From: a virus
Taxonomy: Duplodnaviria > Caudoviricetes
Direction: 5' to 3' (one strand)
Length of the DNA stretch: 56,204 bases
IMG/VR virus record: IMGVR_UViG_3300049098_000061
Location: 1 to 56,204 of that record
Position numbers and translations under genes: made by a program
Shown: positions 1 through 8,967 of the stretch, piece by piece
Layout: the number at the start of each line of letters is the position of its first letter
Numbering within the stretch: the first letter of the stretch is position 1
The notes under the pieces: generated by a model
Seen by the model: the letters and a program-made list of their open reading frames with translations, nothing else
What the model was told of the DNA's origin: nothing
Database searches by the model: none

Positions 1-644
1 GCCCTGTCTATTTTTTCCATTACGCCTATAGCAACTATATCTGGCAACTCACCACTATCCACTAAGTCAATCACCTCCTTCCACGCCCTCCTCCAAAAAT
101 AAGTACTGTATAGATACTTTCCCTTGTTCGCTCTCCACTTTTTACTTCTGATGCTACTATAATCCCGATTTCTTAACCGCCAATTCAAAAACTGTATACT
201 CTTCTTAAGCCTATTCTCTTTGTTGAACTCTTTTTGCTTCCTATTTATTTCTTTTTTATTGTCCCAATAGTACTTCACACCATATGCTCTTCTCTTATCT
301 ACATGTTTCCAATACTGTTTTCTGTTTAGCTCTCTGCATCTTTCAATATTCTTATGGTAGTATTGAAGTACTCTTAAATTATCGGCTTCAACATCCTCAC
401 TTCTACGCCTTGCCATATACTCCCTGAAATATTTCCTTCTTTTTGCTAATGCTTCTGGATCTTTATTTACCCTTTCTCTCCTCGCTTTACTTCTATCTCT
501 ATTACACACATAGCAATTGTGGTGTCCCCTATACTTGAGACTCCTACCGGTATTATTCCAATCATGTCCATGACTACAGAGAGTGCCTAGGTAGTACTTC
601 TCTTCATCAAATTCTAAGTCGGAGTAGTCTTCTACTATGCCCAT
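1..644 (-). CDS. Partial Zn-finger/basic helical protein resembling the N-terminal part of phage HNH-type proteins; runs off the left edge
   Basis: Not in ORF track. Read manually from ATG at 644 (overlaps primase stop): MGIVEDYSDLEFDEEKYYLGTLCSHGHDW...HNCYVCNRDRSK..., then Arg/Lys/Tyr-rich helix, open to base 1. Confidence 0.65.
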   Translation of the reverse strand, partial: MGIVEDYSDLEFDEEKYYLGTLCSHGHDWNNTGRSLKYRGHHNCYVCNRDRSKARRERVNKDPEALAKRRKYFREYMARRRSEDVEADNLRVLQYYHKNIERCRELNRKQYWKHVDKRRAYGVKYYWDNKKEINRKQKEFNKENRLKKSIQFLNWRLRNRDYSSIRSKKWRANKGKYLYSTYFWRRAWKEVIDLVDSGELPDIVAIGVMEKIDR

Positions 645-1747
645 AAGTCTTTATAGCCACTACTAGTAGGTACAGGATTTAACTCCCCTACTGAAATTTT
701 GTTTTCTAATATATAATAGTATTGCTCGTATGTCTCTAAGTCTCCAGCATCATTCGCCGGTTTCTTCTTTTCGATTCTGCGTTTTGGTGTGTAGTAAGAA
801 ATATCTACTAGGCTCCAATCCAGTTTAAAAAGTCTCCTCCCTTTAAACAAGTCGATTGCTTTCATTGTAAACTTACTGCCTGCCTGATCCGCATCGAAGC
901 CTAGATAAATCGTATGGTTTGGTATCCTCGCTACCTTCCATTTATTGATACCTCCACAAGCAGCGAGGACATTGTTGACTCCCAATGATCTTAGGCGTAA
1001 CAAGTCTGTCTCCGACTCCACCAATACTACAGGTAATGCAGGATCTAGAAACTGGATACCAAACCAATAGTCTTTCCTACCCCACGGCTCGTACTCGTCT
1101 GCACATCCTAGTAGCTCTGGCGTGAGATACCAAAATGTTTTTTCCAGTACTAGCTTAACATGCAGTCGGTAAACTTCTCCATCGGTGTCGGTCATAGGAA
1201 AGATAATCAAGTGACGAGTAGGATCGTGCCTGACTCCATACTCATGCAGGTAATCAGGGATTATACCTCGGGACAAGAAATACATTTCGATCTCGTCTTT
1301 GTTACCTTCAAAGGGAGAGTCCTCTAGTAGTGGATAACTCTCAAGTATCTCGTCAGGTACTTTCACTTTTTTCTTACCTAAAAATACTCTCGCATGTACA
1401 TCATCAAATCCATCTCCTATAGTAAAGTCGTTTGGATCTCCTAGTTGCTCATCTCCAAATATTTCTGTTGCTCCGAACAGATACCTCGCACGTTTCGGGA
1501 TGCCTACCGTCCAATTCATCCGGTGTACTAGATCCCACAGTCTGCCTGATCCGCAAGTAAAGCAATGGTAGGCACTCTCTCCAGTATCGTTAGAGACTAT
1601 ACCGAATGAGGGATTCTCGTCTCGTCCTTTGGCATGAGTAAACGGAGCTAGTGGACAATTAGTTCTTGCCCAACTTTCCTCGTCAGAGATTTTAATCTCT
1701 CCAGAACCTATGAGCCTTAAGAAATTTATAATGTATCGGAGTTCCAC
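635..1747 (-). CDS. DNA primase (Zn-binding domain + TOPRIM)
   Basis: CPLAPFTH...HCFTC zinc-binding motif; TOPRIM motifs VESETD and FDADQAG. Confidence 0.88.
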   Translation of the reverse strand: MELRYIINFLRLIGSGEIKISDEESWARTNCPLAPFTHAKGRDENPSFGIVSNDTGESAYHCFTCGSGRLWDLVHRMNWTVGIPKRARYLFGATEIFGDEQLGDPNDFTIGDGFDDVHARVFLGKKKVKVPDEILESYPLLEDSPFEGNKDEIEMYFLSRGIIPDYLHEYGVRHDPTRHLIIFPMTDTDGEVYRLHVKLVLEKTFWYLTPELLGCADEYEPWGRKDYWFGIQFLDPALPVVLVESETDLLRLRSLGVNNVLAACGGINKWKVARIPNHTIYLGFDADQAGSKFTMKAIDLFKGRRLFKLDWSLVDISYYTPKRRIEKKKPANDAGDLETYEQYYYILENKISVGELNPVPTSSGYKDLWA

Positions 1748-1826
1748 TAGTAGTTACTTTCAGAGAGGGAAATACAGTACTCGCCTACTGCCGAGTACAC
1801 AAAGGTATGATCGATGGTACAGAATA

Positions 1827-1855
1827 TGTGTACCATAGATAAAAGAATTTGTCAA
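1827..1855 (-). promoter_or_regulatory. Sigma70-type promoter upstream of primase
   Basis: TTGACA-17 nt-TACACA with TG extension; overlapped by perfect inverted repeat ATGGTACA-N7-TGTACCAT (1814-1836). Confidence 0.6.
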
Positions 1856-1858
1856 GGA

Positions 1859-2053
1859 TTATTTTGAAAAAGTTTTTACTGCGGTGTAGATCGAGTCTCC
1901 CATTTGATCCGGTAGTATCTCGCTGTGAAGTATTCTATTTTGCAGTATGTCTACAGGTATCCCATAAGGATATGCAGGACATAAGTACTCCTCTGGATCT
2001 TTCCAAGTACACGAGGCACATTGCGGAGACTCCATATTTTCTGCTAATCCCAT
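1859..2053 (-). CDS. Small Cys/His protein, candidate MuF-toxin immunity protein
   Basis: CxxC...CPAYPYGIP...H motif; third of three tightly coupled small genes after the MuF gene. Confidence 0.65.
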   Translation of the reverse strand: MGLAENMESPQCASCTWKDPEEYLCPAYPYGIPVDILQNRILHSEILPDQMGDSIYTAVKTFSK

Positions 2054-2355
2054 TACTCTAACTCCTCCTCGTCTTCTAGATCGTCATTGAGTCCGTCAGA
2101 TACCATGACGATACTTTCACATTTAGGTAATAACTCTCTAAAGTTATCGTAAGTTTTTTTCAAGTCTCCTAGTGGTGGAGCAAAATCATCGAGTGCCTCG
2201 TCCAGTGCCATAGGGTAAATTGACATTGCGTTCTGTGCAAAGGAGACTATCTCGTCATCCTCAGTAGACTCGCACCATTTCATAAAGTCATCGAAACCCT
2301 TAGTAGTTGCGAAGTCTCCGATATATCCATTCTCGTCATACACTTGATAACTCAT
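2053..2355 (-). CDS. Acidic hypothetical protein, candidate immunity protein
   Basis: 100 aa, very acidic; GAGGAG upstream; coupled to neighbours downstream of MuF gene. Confidence 0.65.
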   Translation of the reverse strand: MSYQVYDENGYIGDFATTKGFDDFMKWCESTEDDEIVSFAQNAMSIYPMALDEALDDFAPPLGDLKKTYDNFRELLPKCESIVMVSDGLNDDLEDEEELE

Positions 2356-2357
2356 TA

Positions 2358-2600
2358 CTACTCCTCTATTGGATCATTAGACCTCACCATAGATCCGTTG
2401 AAGTCGCTGGCTATTGCTCGTAGAAATAGCTCTCCCTCGTCAGGCTTCACCGGCTTGCCTTTAAAGGGTATCCCTACTGCTAGCCAAGTATTTTTCAACT
2501 TCTCAGGAACTTCGCTCAGGTCAGCTACTCCATCCTTAAGACTGACTTTGAAAAGTAGTTCCTGTTCAGTGTCTACTGTTCGATATACTTCCACTCGCAT
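2358..2600 (-). CDS. Hypothetical protein, candidate immunity protein
   Basis: 80 aa; starts 1 nt after the MuF stop, with GGAGG inside the MuF 3' end. Confidence 0.65.
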   Translation of the reverse strand: MRVEVYRTVDTEQELLFKVSLKDGVADLSEVPEKLKNTWLAVGIPFKGKPVKPDEGELFLRAIASDFNGSMVRSNDPIEE

Positions 2601-2601
2601 C

Positions 2602-5600
2602 TTAGCCTCCTATGTAACTATCCTCAGCACCATACGCACCATCTTCCCAATGCTTCATTACTACCGAGCTAAAATTACCTCCACGCAGTCTCTCTGCTAA
2701 TGAGTCTCCTCGTCTTAGTAATGCATCTATTTCCTCTGCATCGAATCCATAGCTTCTAGCCAAAGTAGTAGCATCTTTGTCTACAAAAGTTTGTATCCTA
2801 ACTGCCATATCTTGCATCCAATCAGGATCTAAGTCATACTCGATCCCTTCGTAGAAGTATTGCGCTGCATGACATCTCCATTCACTGATACCACCCGAGT
2901 CCATAAGTTGTCCCGGCATCACATAGCCGTGATCAATATAGACCGGAGTACCTGTTCTTCTAGTGCGAGGAGTCACTCTACCTGTGTGGATCTTTCTCAT
3001 CCAGTTTTGATCGTGCCTGTCTGCATTTCCTATTAAGTAGTCAAATACTGCCATCTGGAAGGTCTGCTCGTCTGTCATCTTCATACCTTGCCATACTGAC
3101 TCTACTTCTGAATTTGTGATATACTCCACCAATACTCCCGCTATGTTTCCATCTGTATCCTCGGCGAGCATAAACTTAGGGATAATCGCATTCTCGTTAT
3201 CGAAGCCTAGTCGGTGTGCTACGTCCAAAGAAAATGCCTCTCTCTGTGCTAGTGATATATTATGATTTTGAATAGTTCTCCTAACCATAAAGTCTTCGGC
3301 AACATCCCCGAACTCCTCCTCTACCCATTCCCAATGCTCGGGTTGTAGTTGGTTAAACTTTACAAAGTTAGTATTGAAATGCTCGTTTACTTCATCGATA
3401 GTCTGCATCAGATACTTATCGTTAGTCCAGTAAGTCTCGCCATTTATGGGCTTAAAGATATACTTCTTTTTGCCTTTGCCTACTGTAACTATTCTTACTT
3501 CATTAACGTTGCCATCCGCGATAGTGCCTTGAGTCTTTAGATTACTCGCCTTCCTAGTTTGCAGTTTAGGTGAGGCACTCCTGATCTCTGACAGTCTTTC
3601 TGTACTCGCAGCTACTTGCCTCGTTCCTGCTGTAGCCTTGCCCCCAAATATTTCTTGCAAGTCATCTATAGTTACTTCCTTCATTGAGTTAAGTCTAAAA
3701 GATCCTACTCCTTCTTTATAGTAGTACTTGCCATTACGCTCATCAAATACTACCGTATGCACCTGAGTATTTTTCTTTCCAAACTTCCTCGCCTCTTTTT
3801 TCTTCCTCGCCAGTGACTCTGTGTGCATAGTTATCTTATTATTCTTGCCTCGCACAATAGTCTTGACTTCAATAACGTGAGTAGGTTTTTTCTTACTCGC
3901 TCCTGAGTACCACTTCTCCGGATCTGCCCCTACCCAAACATCGAACGGGGCATTGTCTCCCTCTTGATAGACATCCTTAATCCCTGCGATTCTTAGATTG
4001 TCTCGCAAGTCTACTTCGTTACGAATAGCTACTGCCCTAACTTGAGCAGTACTAGGCTTGTGTGTCAACTTCGCAAGCATTTGTTTTTTAGATAGGAGAG
4101 TGCTATTATCAATGTCCATCGTGTACCACCAATACTCGACAGCGTTCTTTGCCTCTCTCGCACTCCACCTACTTGAGCTAGAGACTACTGTACTGGTGAT
4201 TTTGTCGGAGACATCGATCCCGTAGTCTTTATGTCTGACAGATGTTATTAGCTCATCCATCGACATTCCTTTTCTATAGTGATCTCCTATCACTGCAAGG
4301 AACTCGTCGCTAGCTGCGTTTGCTGCTACTATCCCACGGTTCCCATTGAGTTGATACACCGAGTTAACATGAGTAGGACTCCTCCAGCCTTTCTTTGTAT
4401 CACCCGCTGCATCTGTTAACTCTCTCCATACCGTATTCCCGCCTCCCCTTGCGCTTACTACTTGTGGGTTTACTAGCGCATGCCTTAGCTCGTGCTGTAT
4501 TGCATCAGGCCCGTACCTCTGTTTATCGAAGTACTTAGAGTTGATGAAAATTTTCTCTCCCTCTACTCGACTAACAATGTCCTCGCCATCCTCAACAAAG
4601 ATCTGAAAATTTGTCTTGTTCCTGATAGCCCATTTCTTTTCCTCCAGTGGTACTGAATCCCATGCATCTGCGAGGATCTGCCTCTCCGCTCTAGTCAATG
4701 ATCTACTAGTCCCTGGAATGCCACTTGCATCTATAAGCGCTTGAACTTCTCTCTTGCTAGGAGGATCGACATACTGGCTAAGTACTTTTGTCAGTATCTT
4801 ATTAGTAGGACGAGGCCCAACGTCAAATGGTCTGGCGAGTATCTCTTGAGGCATTGCCACAATTCTACTGGTGGATCTCACACTACATCGGCAACGAGGA
4901 TGATATGGAGGTAGGTTATACGGAGACTCTCTAGGATCATCAAAATCCGTTGGAGTGCTTCTCGGCGGAAATGGATTTATACTTGCTGCCTCGTCTGCTT
5001 CTGAAATAAGCATATCATATACTTTAGTTACTGCCTCCTCGACCGACCACGTACTACCATTCATGAATTGGCAAACATCACAAGTCCTATCGTCAAGTAC
5101 TGACTCGATAGTATATGATCTTACGTTCATTTCATGAAGTGCCTGTACTTGAGAAAATATTTTACTACTCTCTGAATTGAACTCGCTTACGCTACTCCAA
5201 TACCCTTCGGCCTTTACGAACTCCTTATACTTCATGCCTATGGATCTCAGGCTTGCACCTTCCTCGTAACTCAGAAGTCTAGCTGTCTCTGGAACTATAA
5301 ACCTATCAAAGTATTGCCCTTGAGTAGTAGTGAACCATCTCTTGACAGTTCTTTGTACATTCGCTTTAGTGCTACCTGTAACAGTAACTAGGTCAGTTAT
5401 AATACTCTCCTGATCCTTTTGAAAATAATTAATCTCGTGCCTCTCCCACAATCTATCCGCTATCCTACTGCTAGTCCGTCCTTGACCATAGTAGTAATTA
5501 GGGAAAGGTTCGGCATACTCGGGCCGATCATAGTACTCCACAAACTTCTCAGATTTTTGGATCTCTAGTAGTCCAGATAGAGCATAACCAAAGGCGTCCT

Positions 5601-5892
5601 CTCTGCCTCGATCCCATGCGTATCCTGCATACTCCTCGACATAGGGCGCTGCTACCTCCACAAAGTCCTCAGTCATCTTTGTCCTATATCTCTGATAGAT
5701 CGCATCGACATACTCGTCTCGTATGTCTTCATTCGCATAGTCGAAACAAGTTTCAATTACTTCCTCAGCTAGCTCCTCGGCGAGTGGTTTCCATATAGCA
5801 TAGATAGCTGCTTTCATGGCCATTGCCTCAATGCCAGCTACGCCGACTGCCTTGACTACTGACTCGGCTATATATGTAAGGGCAGTATTCAT
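2602..5892 (-). CDS. MuF (SPP1 gp7-like) minor head protein with C-terminal metallopeptidase, PD-(D/E)xK nuclease and PI3/4K/HipA-like kinase domains
   Basis: MuF motifs DDRTCDVC and PPYHPRCRC; HELRH (HExxH); PFDVW...IEVKT; IFKP...RE...FDYLIGNADRHDQNW...IDHG. Confidence 0.82.
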   Translation of the reverse strand: MNTALTYIAESVVKAVGVAGIEAMAMKAAIYAIWKPLAEELAEEVIETCFDYANEDIRDEYVDAIYQRYRTKMTEDFVEVAAPYVEEYAGYAWDRGREDAFGYALSGLLEIQKSEKFVEYYDRPEYAEPFPNYYYGQGRTSSRIADRLWERHEINYFQKDQESIITDLVTVTGSTKANVQRTVKRWFTTTQGQYFDRFIVPETARLLSYEEGASLRSIGMKYKEFVKAEGYWSSVSEFNSESSKIFSQVQALHEMNVRSYTIESVLDDRTCDVCQFMNGSTWSVEEAVTKVYDMLISEADEAASINPFPPRSTPTDFDDPRESPYNLPPYHPRCRCSVRSTSRIVAMPQEILARPFDVGPRPTNKILTKVLSQYVDPPSKREVQALIDASGIPGTSRSLTRAERQILADAWDSVPLEEKKWAIRNKTNFQIFVEDGEDIVSRVEGEKIFINSKYFDKQRYGPDAIQHELRHALVNPQVVSARGGGNTVWRELTDAAGDTKKGWRSPTHVNSVYQLNGNRGIVAANAASDEFLAVIGDHYRKGMSMDELITSVRHKDYGIDVSDKITSTVVSSSSRWSAREAKNAVEYWWYTMDIDNSTLLSKKQMLAKLTHKPSTAQVRAVAIRNEVDLRDNLRIAGIKDVYQEGDNAPFDVWVGADPEKWYSGASKKKPTHVIEVKTIVRGKNNKITMHTESLARKKKEARKFGKKNTQVHTVVFDERNGKYYYKEGVGSFRLNSMKEVTIDDLQEIFGGKATAGTRQVAASTERLSEIRSASPKLQTRKASNLKTQGTIADGNVNEVRIVTVGKGKKKYIFKPINGETYWTNDKYLMQTIDEVNEHFNTNFVKFNQLQPEHWEWVEEEFGDVAEDFMVRRTIQNHNISLAQREAFSLDVAHRLGFDNENAIIPKFMLAEDTDGNIAGVLVEYITNSEVESVWQGMKMTDEQTFQMAVFDYLIGNADRHDQNWMRKIHTGRVTPRTRRTGTPVYIDHGYVMPGQLMDSGGISEWRCHAAQYFYEGIEYDLDPDWMQDMAVRIQTFVDKDATTLARSYGFDAEEIDALLRRGDSLAERLRGGNFSSVVMKHWEDGAYGAEDSYIGG

Positions 5893-6098
5893 TCCAACAT
5901 CTCCTTTAACTGCATCCTAAATATGCCATACACTATTTCCACTTCCCATTGCTCCCATGCTCGCAGTGGTGCTGTATACTCCTCTAAGATGCAATGGTTT
6001 ATACTGTCGTCAAGGATCAAAGCAAAGTTGCCCAATGGTAGTCTTCGATGCTTAACGAGTAATGAGTGCTTTCTTCGACTCCACTTCATTTGTATCAT
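5889..6098 (-). CDS. Hypothetical protein
   Basis: 69 aa; ATGA overlaps with both neighbours. Confidence 0.55.
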   Translation of the reverse strand: MIQMKWSRRKHSLLVKHRRLPLGNFALILDDSINHCILEEYTAPLRAWEQWEVEIVYGIFRMQLKEMLE

Positions 6099-6244
6099 GT
6101 GACTTTCTTTCTCTTGCGTAGTAAGTCAACTTTCATAGTAAGCGAGTAGTTACGAATGCTGCCGAATGCCTTGGCAAGCGGAGTATCTACCTCGCTCTTT
6201 GGAGTCTTCTTTGTATGAATATCCTCGATTTTAACTTTACTCAT
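6095..6244 (-). CDS. Small basic hypothetical protein (49 aa)
   Basis: Below ORF-track cutoff: MSKVKIEDIHTKKTPKSEVDTPLAKAFGSIRNYSLTMKVDLLRKRKKVT; GGAGG RBS and ATGA overlaps at both ends. Confidence 0.55.
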   Translation of the reverse strand: MSKVKIEDIHTKKTPKSEVDTPLAKAFGSIRNYSLTMKVDLLRKRKKVT

Positions 6245-7071
6245 TCTATGCCTCCTTCCTCGTATAGTCTCTGCATCTCATTGTCCAGATGTACTTCATT
6301 AGGTACACGGTAGTCAACCTTGAGAGTAGGCAAACATCGAACTTTTATTTCTGACTTGTCCACATATTCAAAATCACAATGACTCGTCTTTCCATTTTCC
6401 TTTCTCCATATCTGCCATAGGATACTCATCTTATAAGCAACGGGATGTTTCACTCTCCTTTTAGGATTGCATGTCTGTAACTCTGCATACTCCTCGACTG
6501 CTTTTTGAAAGTCATCTGTCTGACCTACTAGCCATTGCTCAACTTGCTTCCAATCTTTTTTATACTTGGATGGCGAAACCTTGTTTCTGACTTCTTTCCA
6601 TTCTTCTCTAGTGCTGTTGGGGTATGGGTTCCTACTAGTAGGTTTGGAAATTTTCCTACGTTGCGTAGGTCTTTGTTGTTCTTTCTGGTTAGTATCTGTA
6701 CTTATACATTTACCCATTTTGACCGATTCCATTTGGTCATTTTGACTAAATGGATTTAGACACTTTGACATAATGGGATGCTCGTAGTTGATTCCGTAAC
6801 TCCTCGTCTGATCGTAGTTTCTCCCATGCTTTCTTTTGAAAATGATCTTAAGATCAATTAACTTATCGAATACTCGGTTTAAGGTTTTTAGACTCATCCA
6901 AGGAAATTGTTTAGCCCATACTCGCATAGGATTCCAGATATAGACTACGCCATCGATCTCCTCTCCATACCCTTTCTCTATCCAATATTCGATTTTGTTT
7001 ACTACTACTGCTGCGTTAAGTCCGATCTCCATTGCCAACTCACTACTCGCACATACGTCTATCTTCAACAT
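6241..7071 (-). CDS. Replication initiator-like protein with N-terminal winged HTH
   Basis: GLNAAVVVNKIEYW...W..QFPW.S.KT..R....L pattern typical of phage replisome-organiser N-termini. Start moved from TTG 7140 to ATG 7071, which has an AGGAG RBS. Confidence 0.65.
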   Translation of the reverse strand: MLKIDVCASSELAMEIGLNAAVVVNKIEYWIEKGYGEEIDGVVYIWNPMRVWAKQFPWMSLKTLNRVFDKLIDLKIIFKRKHGRNYDQTRSYGINYEHPIMSKCLNPFSQNDQMESVKMGKCISTDTNQKEQQRPTQRRKISKPTSRNPYPNSTREEWKEVRNKVSPSKYKKDWKQVEQWLVGQTDDFQKAVEEYAELQTCNPKRRVKHPVAYKMSILWQIWRKENGKTSHCDFEYVDKSEIKVRCLPTLKVDYRVPNEVHLDNEMQRLYEEGGIE

Positions 7072-7100
7072 ACTTATCTCCTGTACTCGCAAAAAAGTTC

Positions 7101-7129
7101 TTGACAAAGGCAGGAGAATTTGGTATAAG
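7101..7129 (+). promoter_or_regulatory. Near-consensus sigma70 promoter, antisense to the gene flow
   Basis: TTGACA (7101-7106), 17 nt spacer, TGn extension, TATAAG (7124-7129); A-tract upstream. Confidence 0.8.
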
Positions 7130-7134
7130 TAGAC

Positions 7135-7207
7135 AATCAATTCTTCTGCCAGGAGCTATTGATTCTGCTTTAGGGAAGTAGTCGTCGGGGCTGCTTCCCT
7201 ATTTTTT
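7135..7207 (+). ncRNA. Putative ~70 nt two-hairpin antisense (countertranscript-like) RNA
   Basis: Bracketed by the 7101 promoter and an intrinsic terminator; 5' hairpin AATCAAT.CTTCT-GCC-AGGAG..ATTGATT; no ORF. Confidence 0.65.
7171..7207 (+). terminator. Intrinsic terminator (plus strand)
   Basis: 13-bp stem TAGGGAAGTAGTC/GGCTGCTTCCCTA (two G-U pairs), 5-nt loop, then TTTTTT. Confidence 0.8.
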
Positions 7208-7220
7208 GACATTTGATTTA

Positions 7221-7256
7221 ATTAAATTACATAGAACTACATTAAATCACATAGAA
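7221..7256. repeat. Two 16-bp direct repeats at 20-bp spacing in AT-rich spacer
   Basis: ATTAAATTACATAGAA (7221-7236) and ATTAAATCACATAGAA (7241-7256). Confidence 0.7.
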
Positions 7257-7263
7257 TGAGATT

Positions 7264-8967
7264 TTACGCTGCCTCGGAAGTATCCTTAATCTCAAACAAG
7301 CTGTCAGGTTCGCTACTACTTGCCTTCTCCTCTAACTCTCTCTGCTCGCTGTGTTCTTTCAAACTCTTATGGAGTTTGCTGAATGCCTGATATACTTTTG
7401 CTGCTTGCGCTGGATCTTCGACTCCCTCTAGCAGACCGGTGATCGTTTGACTCGCACTACTAATCTCATCGACTTCCGCAAGCATACCTAACTTAGCTAG
7501 CTCAAGCACGATAGCTACCGGATAGTCTGCCCACTTCTGATCGTAAGTAGTAATGTCAAGTCCGAGTGTTCTGTTCGCTACTCGGATACCTTCGTTGATG
7601 GTAAACACTCCCAACTTGCCAAACTCTTTGAATCCTGCGATGATCTGCTCGCCGGTGATCAGTCTCGGCCCTTTACTCTTGAAGGCGTGATACTTAGCTC
7701 CTAACTCCTCCATGATGGTTAGGTTTATGATCTCGTCGAATAGTTCTCGCTCAGGAACAAAGACTTGCTCCTCGGCCACCATCTTACTACTGTCGGCAGT
7801 AGACTTGCTATAAGTATCTGCTCGACCTAGATACAATGGCGGAAGTCTAAACGATCCACGGACTCTATGCTCGCCTCCGTCAATGTACTGCACGAACATG
7901 GAGTCTTCCTTACGGGCAGTCGAGATCTCCTGTATAGTAATCTTAACAGAAGTATTTTGTCCAACGTCTCCCTCACTCTCTGCCTCAAGCACTAGTACTT
8001 TGTGAAAGTTTTCGACTCCTTTCTTTTGTACTAGTATTGACTTTATGTCCTCGACTGACTCGCTGGTGAGCTTGCCTCCACTAACCATGATCGCTAAGGG
8101 AGGTACTACCTGATTTTCAAACAGGTCATAGTTTACATAGTCTGCGGAGTGCAAGCCCATAGCATTCATAACATTTCCAGACCAACGAGGTACTCCGTAA
8201 GTATCGGTTCCTATTTTGAAATGTAGAATCTCTGTTGCCTCGTTTCCTTCCTTGTATCCATCCTCTCCCTTGTACTTACCGTTTGCGGCATTCATAGGAC
8301 GAGGATCTCCATACTCTTTAAACCATCGGTAGTCATTCCTTGCCGTACTCGTGATCATAACAAACTTACGAAAACGTTTGTTTACAGTAACAGTAATATC
8401 CTTACTGCCTCGCTTCATTTTTACTTTGATCTGCTGTGGATCTTTTTGCTTCTTCTGCAATCGGATATAGCGAGAGTCTGCCTGATAAATCAAACCTATC
8501 TCCCCACCAGTGGTGCGAATGATTTCAAGATACCCGTTACCTGTAGTCTCCATATCACTACGCATTTCCTTACGAACAGTAGTAAAACTTTGGTTCTCGT
8601 TTACCTTACTAAAGAAGTCGGTAAGTAGTTGCTTCTCCGCCAATACTTCTGTTGACTTCTCGTGTTCCGAATCTCCAGTATAGAAAAAGTTAATCCCGAA
8701 CCCGTCCGTATTTAGCGCCATAGCATCGATACACTGAGGGAGTATCGAGGAGTTCTCTACTATGCCGTACAACTTCACCGGATCATATGGTGGTTTAAGT
8801 ATGCTCTGTTCTTTCATCCAATCTGAATTGAAAGTACCTTCCTCGGTCAACTGCCTAGACTCTAGCCCTTCTCTATCAGCTTTAGCTAGCAAAGAATCTA
8901 AGAGTAACTCGGAAGTTAATGATTTCCTCATTTGCTCTCTTGTAGTCATCTCTCCTGTAGCCATCAC
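7264..8967 (-). CDS. Portal protein (PBSX-like)
   Basis: PPYDP..L, D.E.TGNGYLEI.R, EILHFK, YGVPRW, F.N..VP, FRLPPLYLG motifs. Confidence 0.9.
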   Translation of the reverse strand: MMATGEMTTREQMRKSLTSELLLDSLLAKADREGLESRQLTEEGTFNSDWMKEQSILKPPYDPVKLYGIVENSSILPQCIDAMALNTDGFGINFFYTGDSEHEKSTEVLAEKQLLTDFFSKVNENQSFTTVRKEMRSDMETTGNGYLEIIRTTGGEIGLIYQADSRYIRLQKKQKDPQQIKVKMKRGSKDITVTVNKRFRKFVMITSTARNDYRWFKEYGDPRPMNAANGKYKGEDGYKEGNEATEILHFKIGTDTYGVPRWSGNVMNAMGLHSADYVNYDLFENQVVPPLAIMVSGGKLTSESVEDIKSILVQKKGVENFHKVLVLEAESEGDVGQNTSVKITIQEISTARKEDSMFVQYIDGGEHRVRGSFRLPPLYLGRADTYSKSTADSSKMVAEEQVFVPERELFDEIINLTIMEELGAKYHAFKSKGPRLITGEQIIAGFKEFGKLGVFTINEGIRVANRTLGLDITTYDQKWADYPVAIVLELAKLGMLAEVDEISSASQTITGLLEGVEDPAQAAKVYQAFSKLHKSLKEHSEQRELEEKASSSEPDSLFEIKDTSEAA

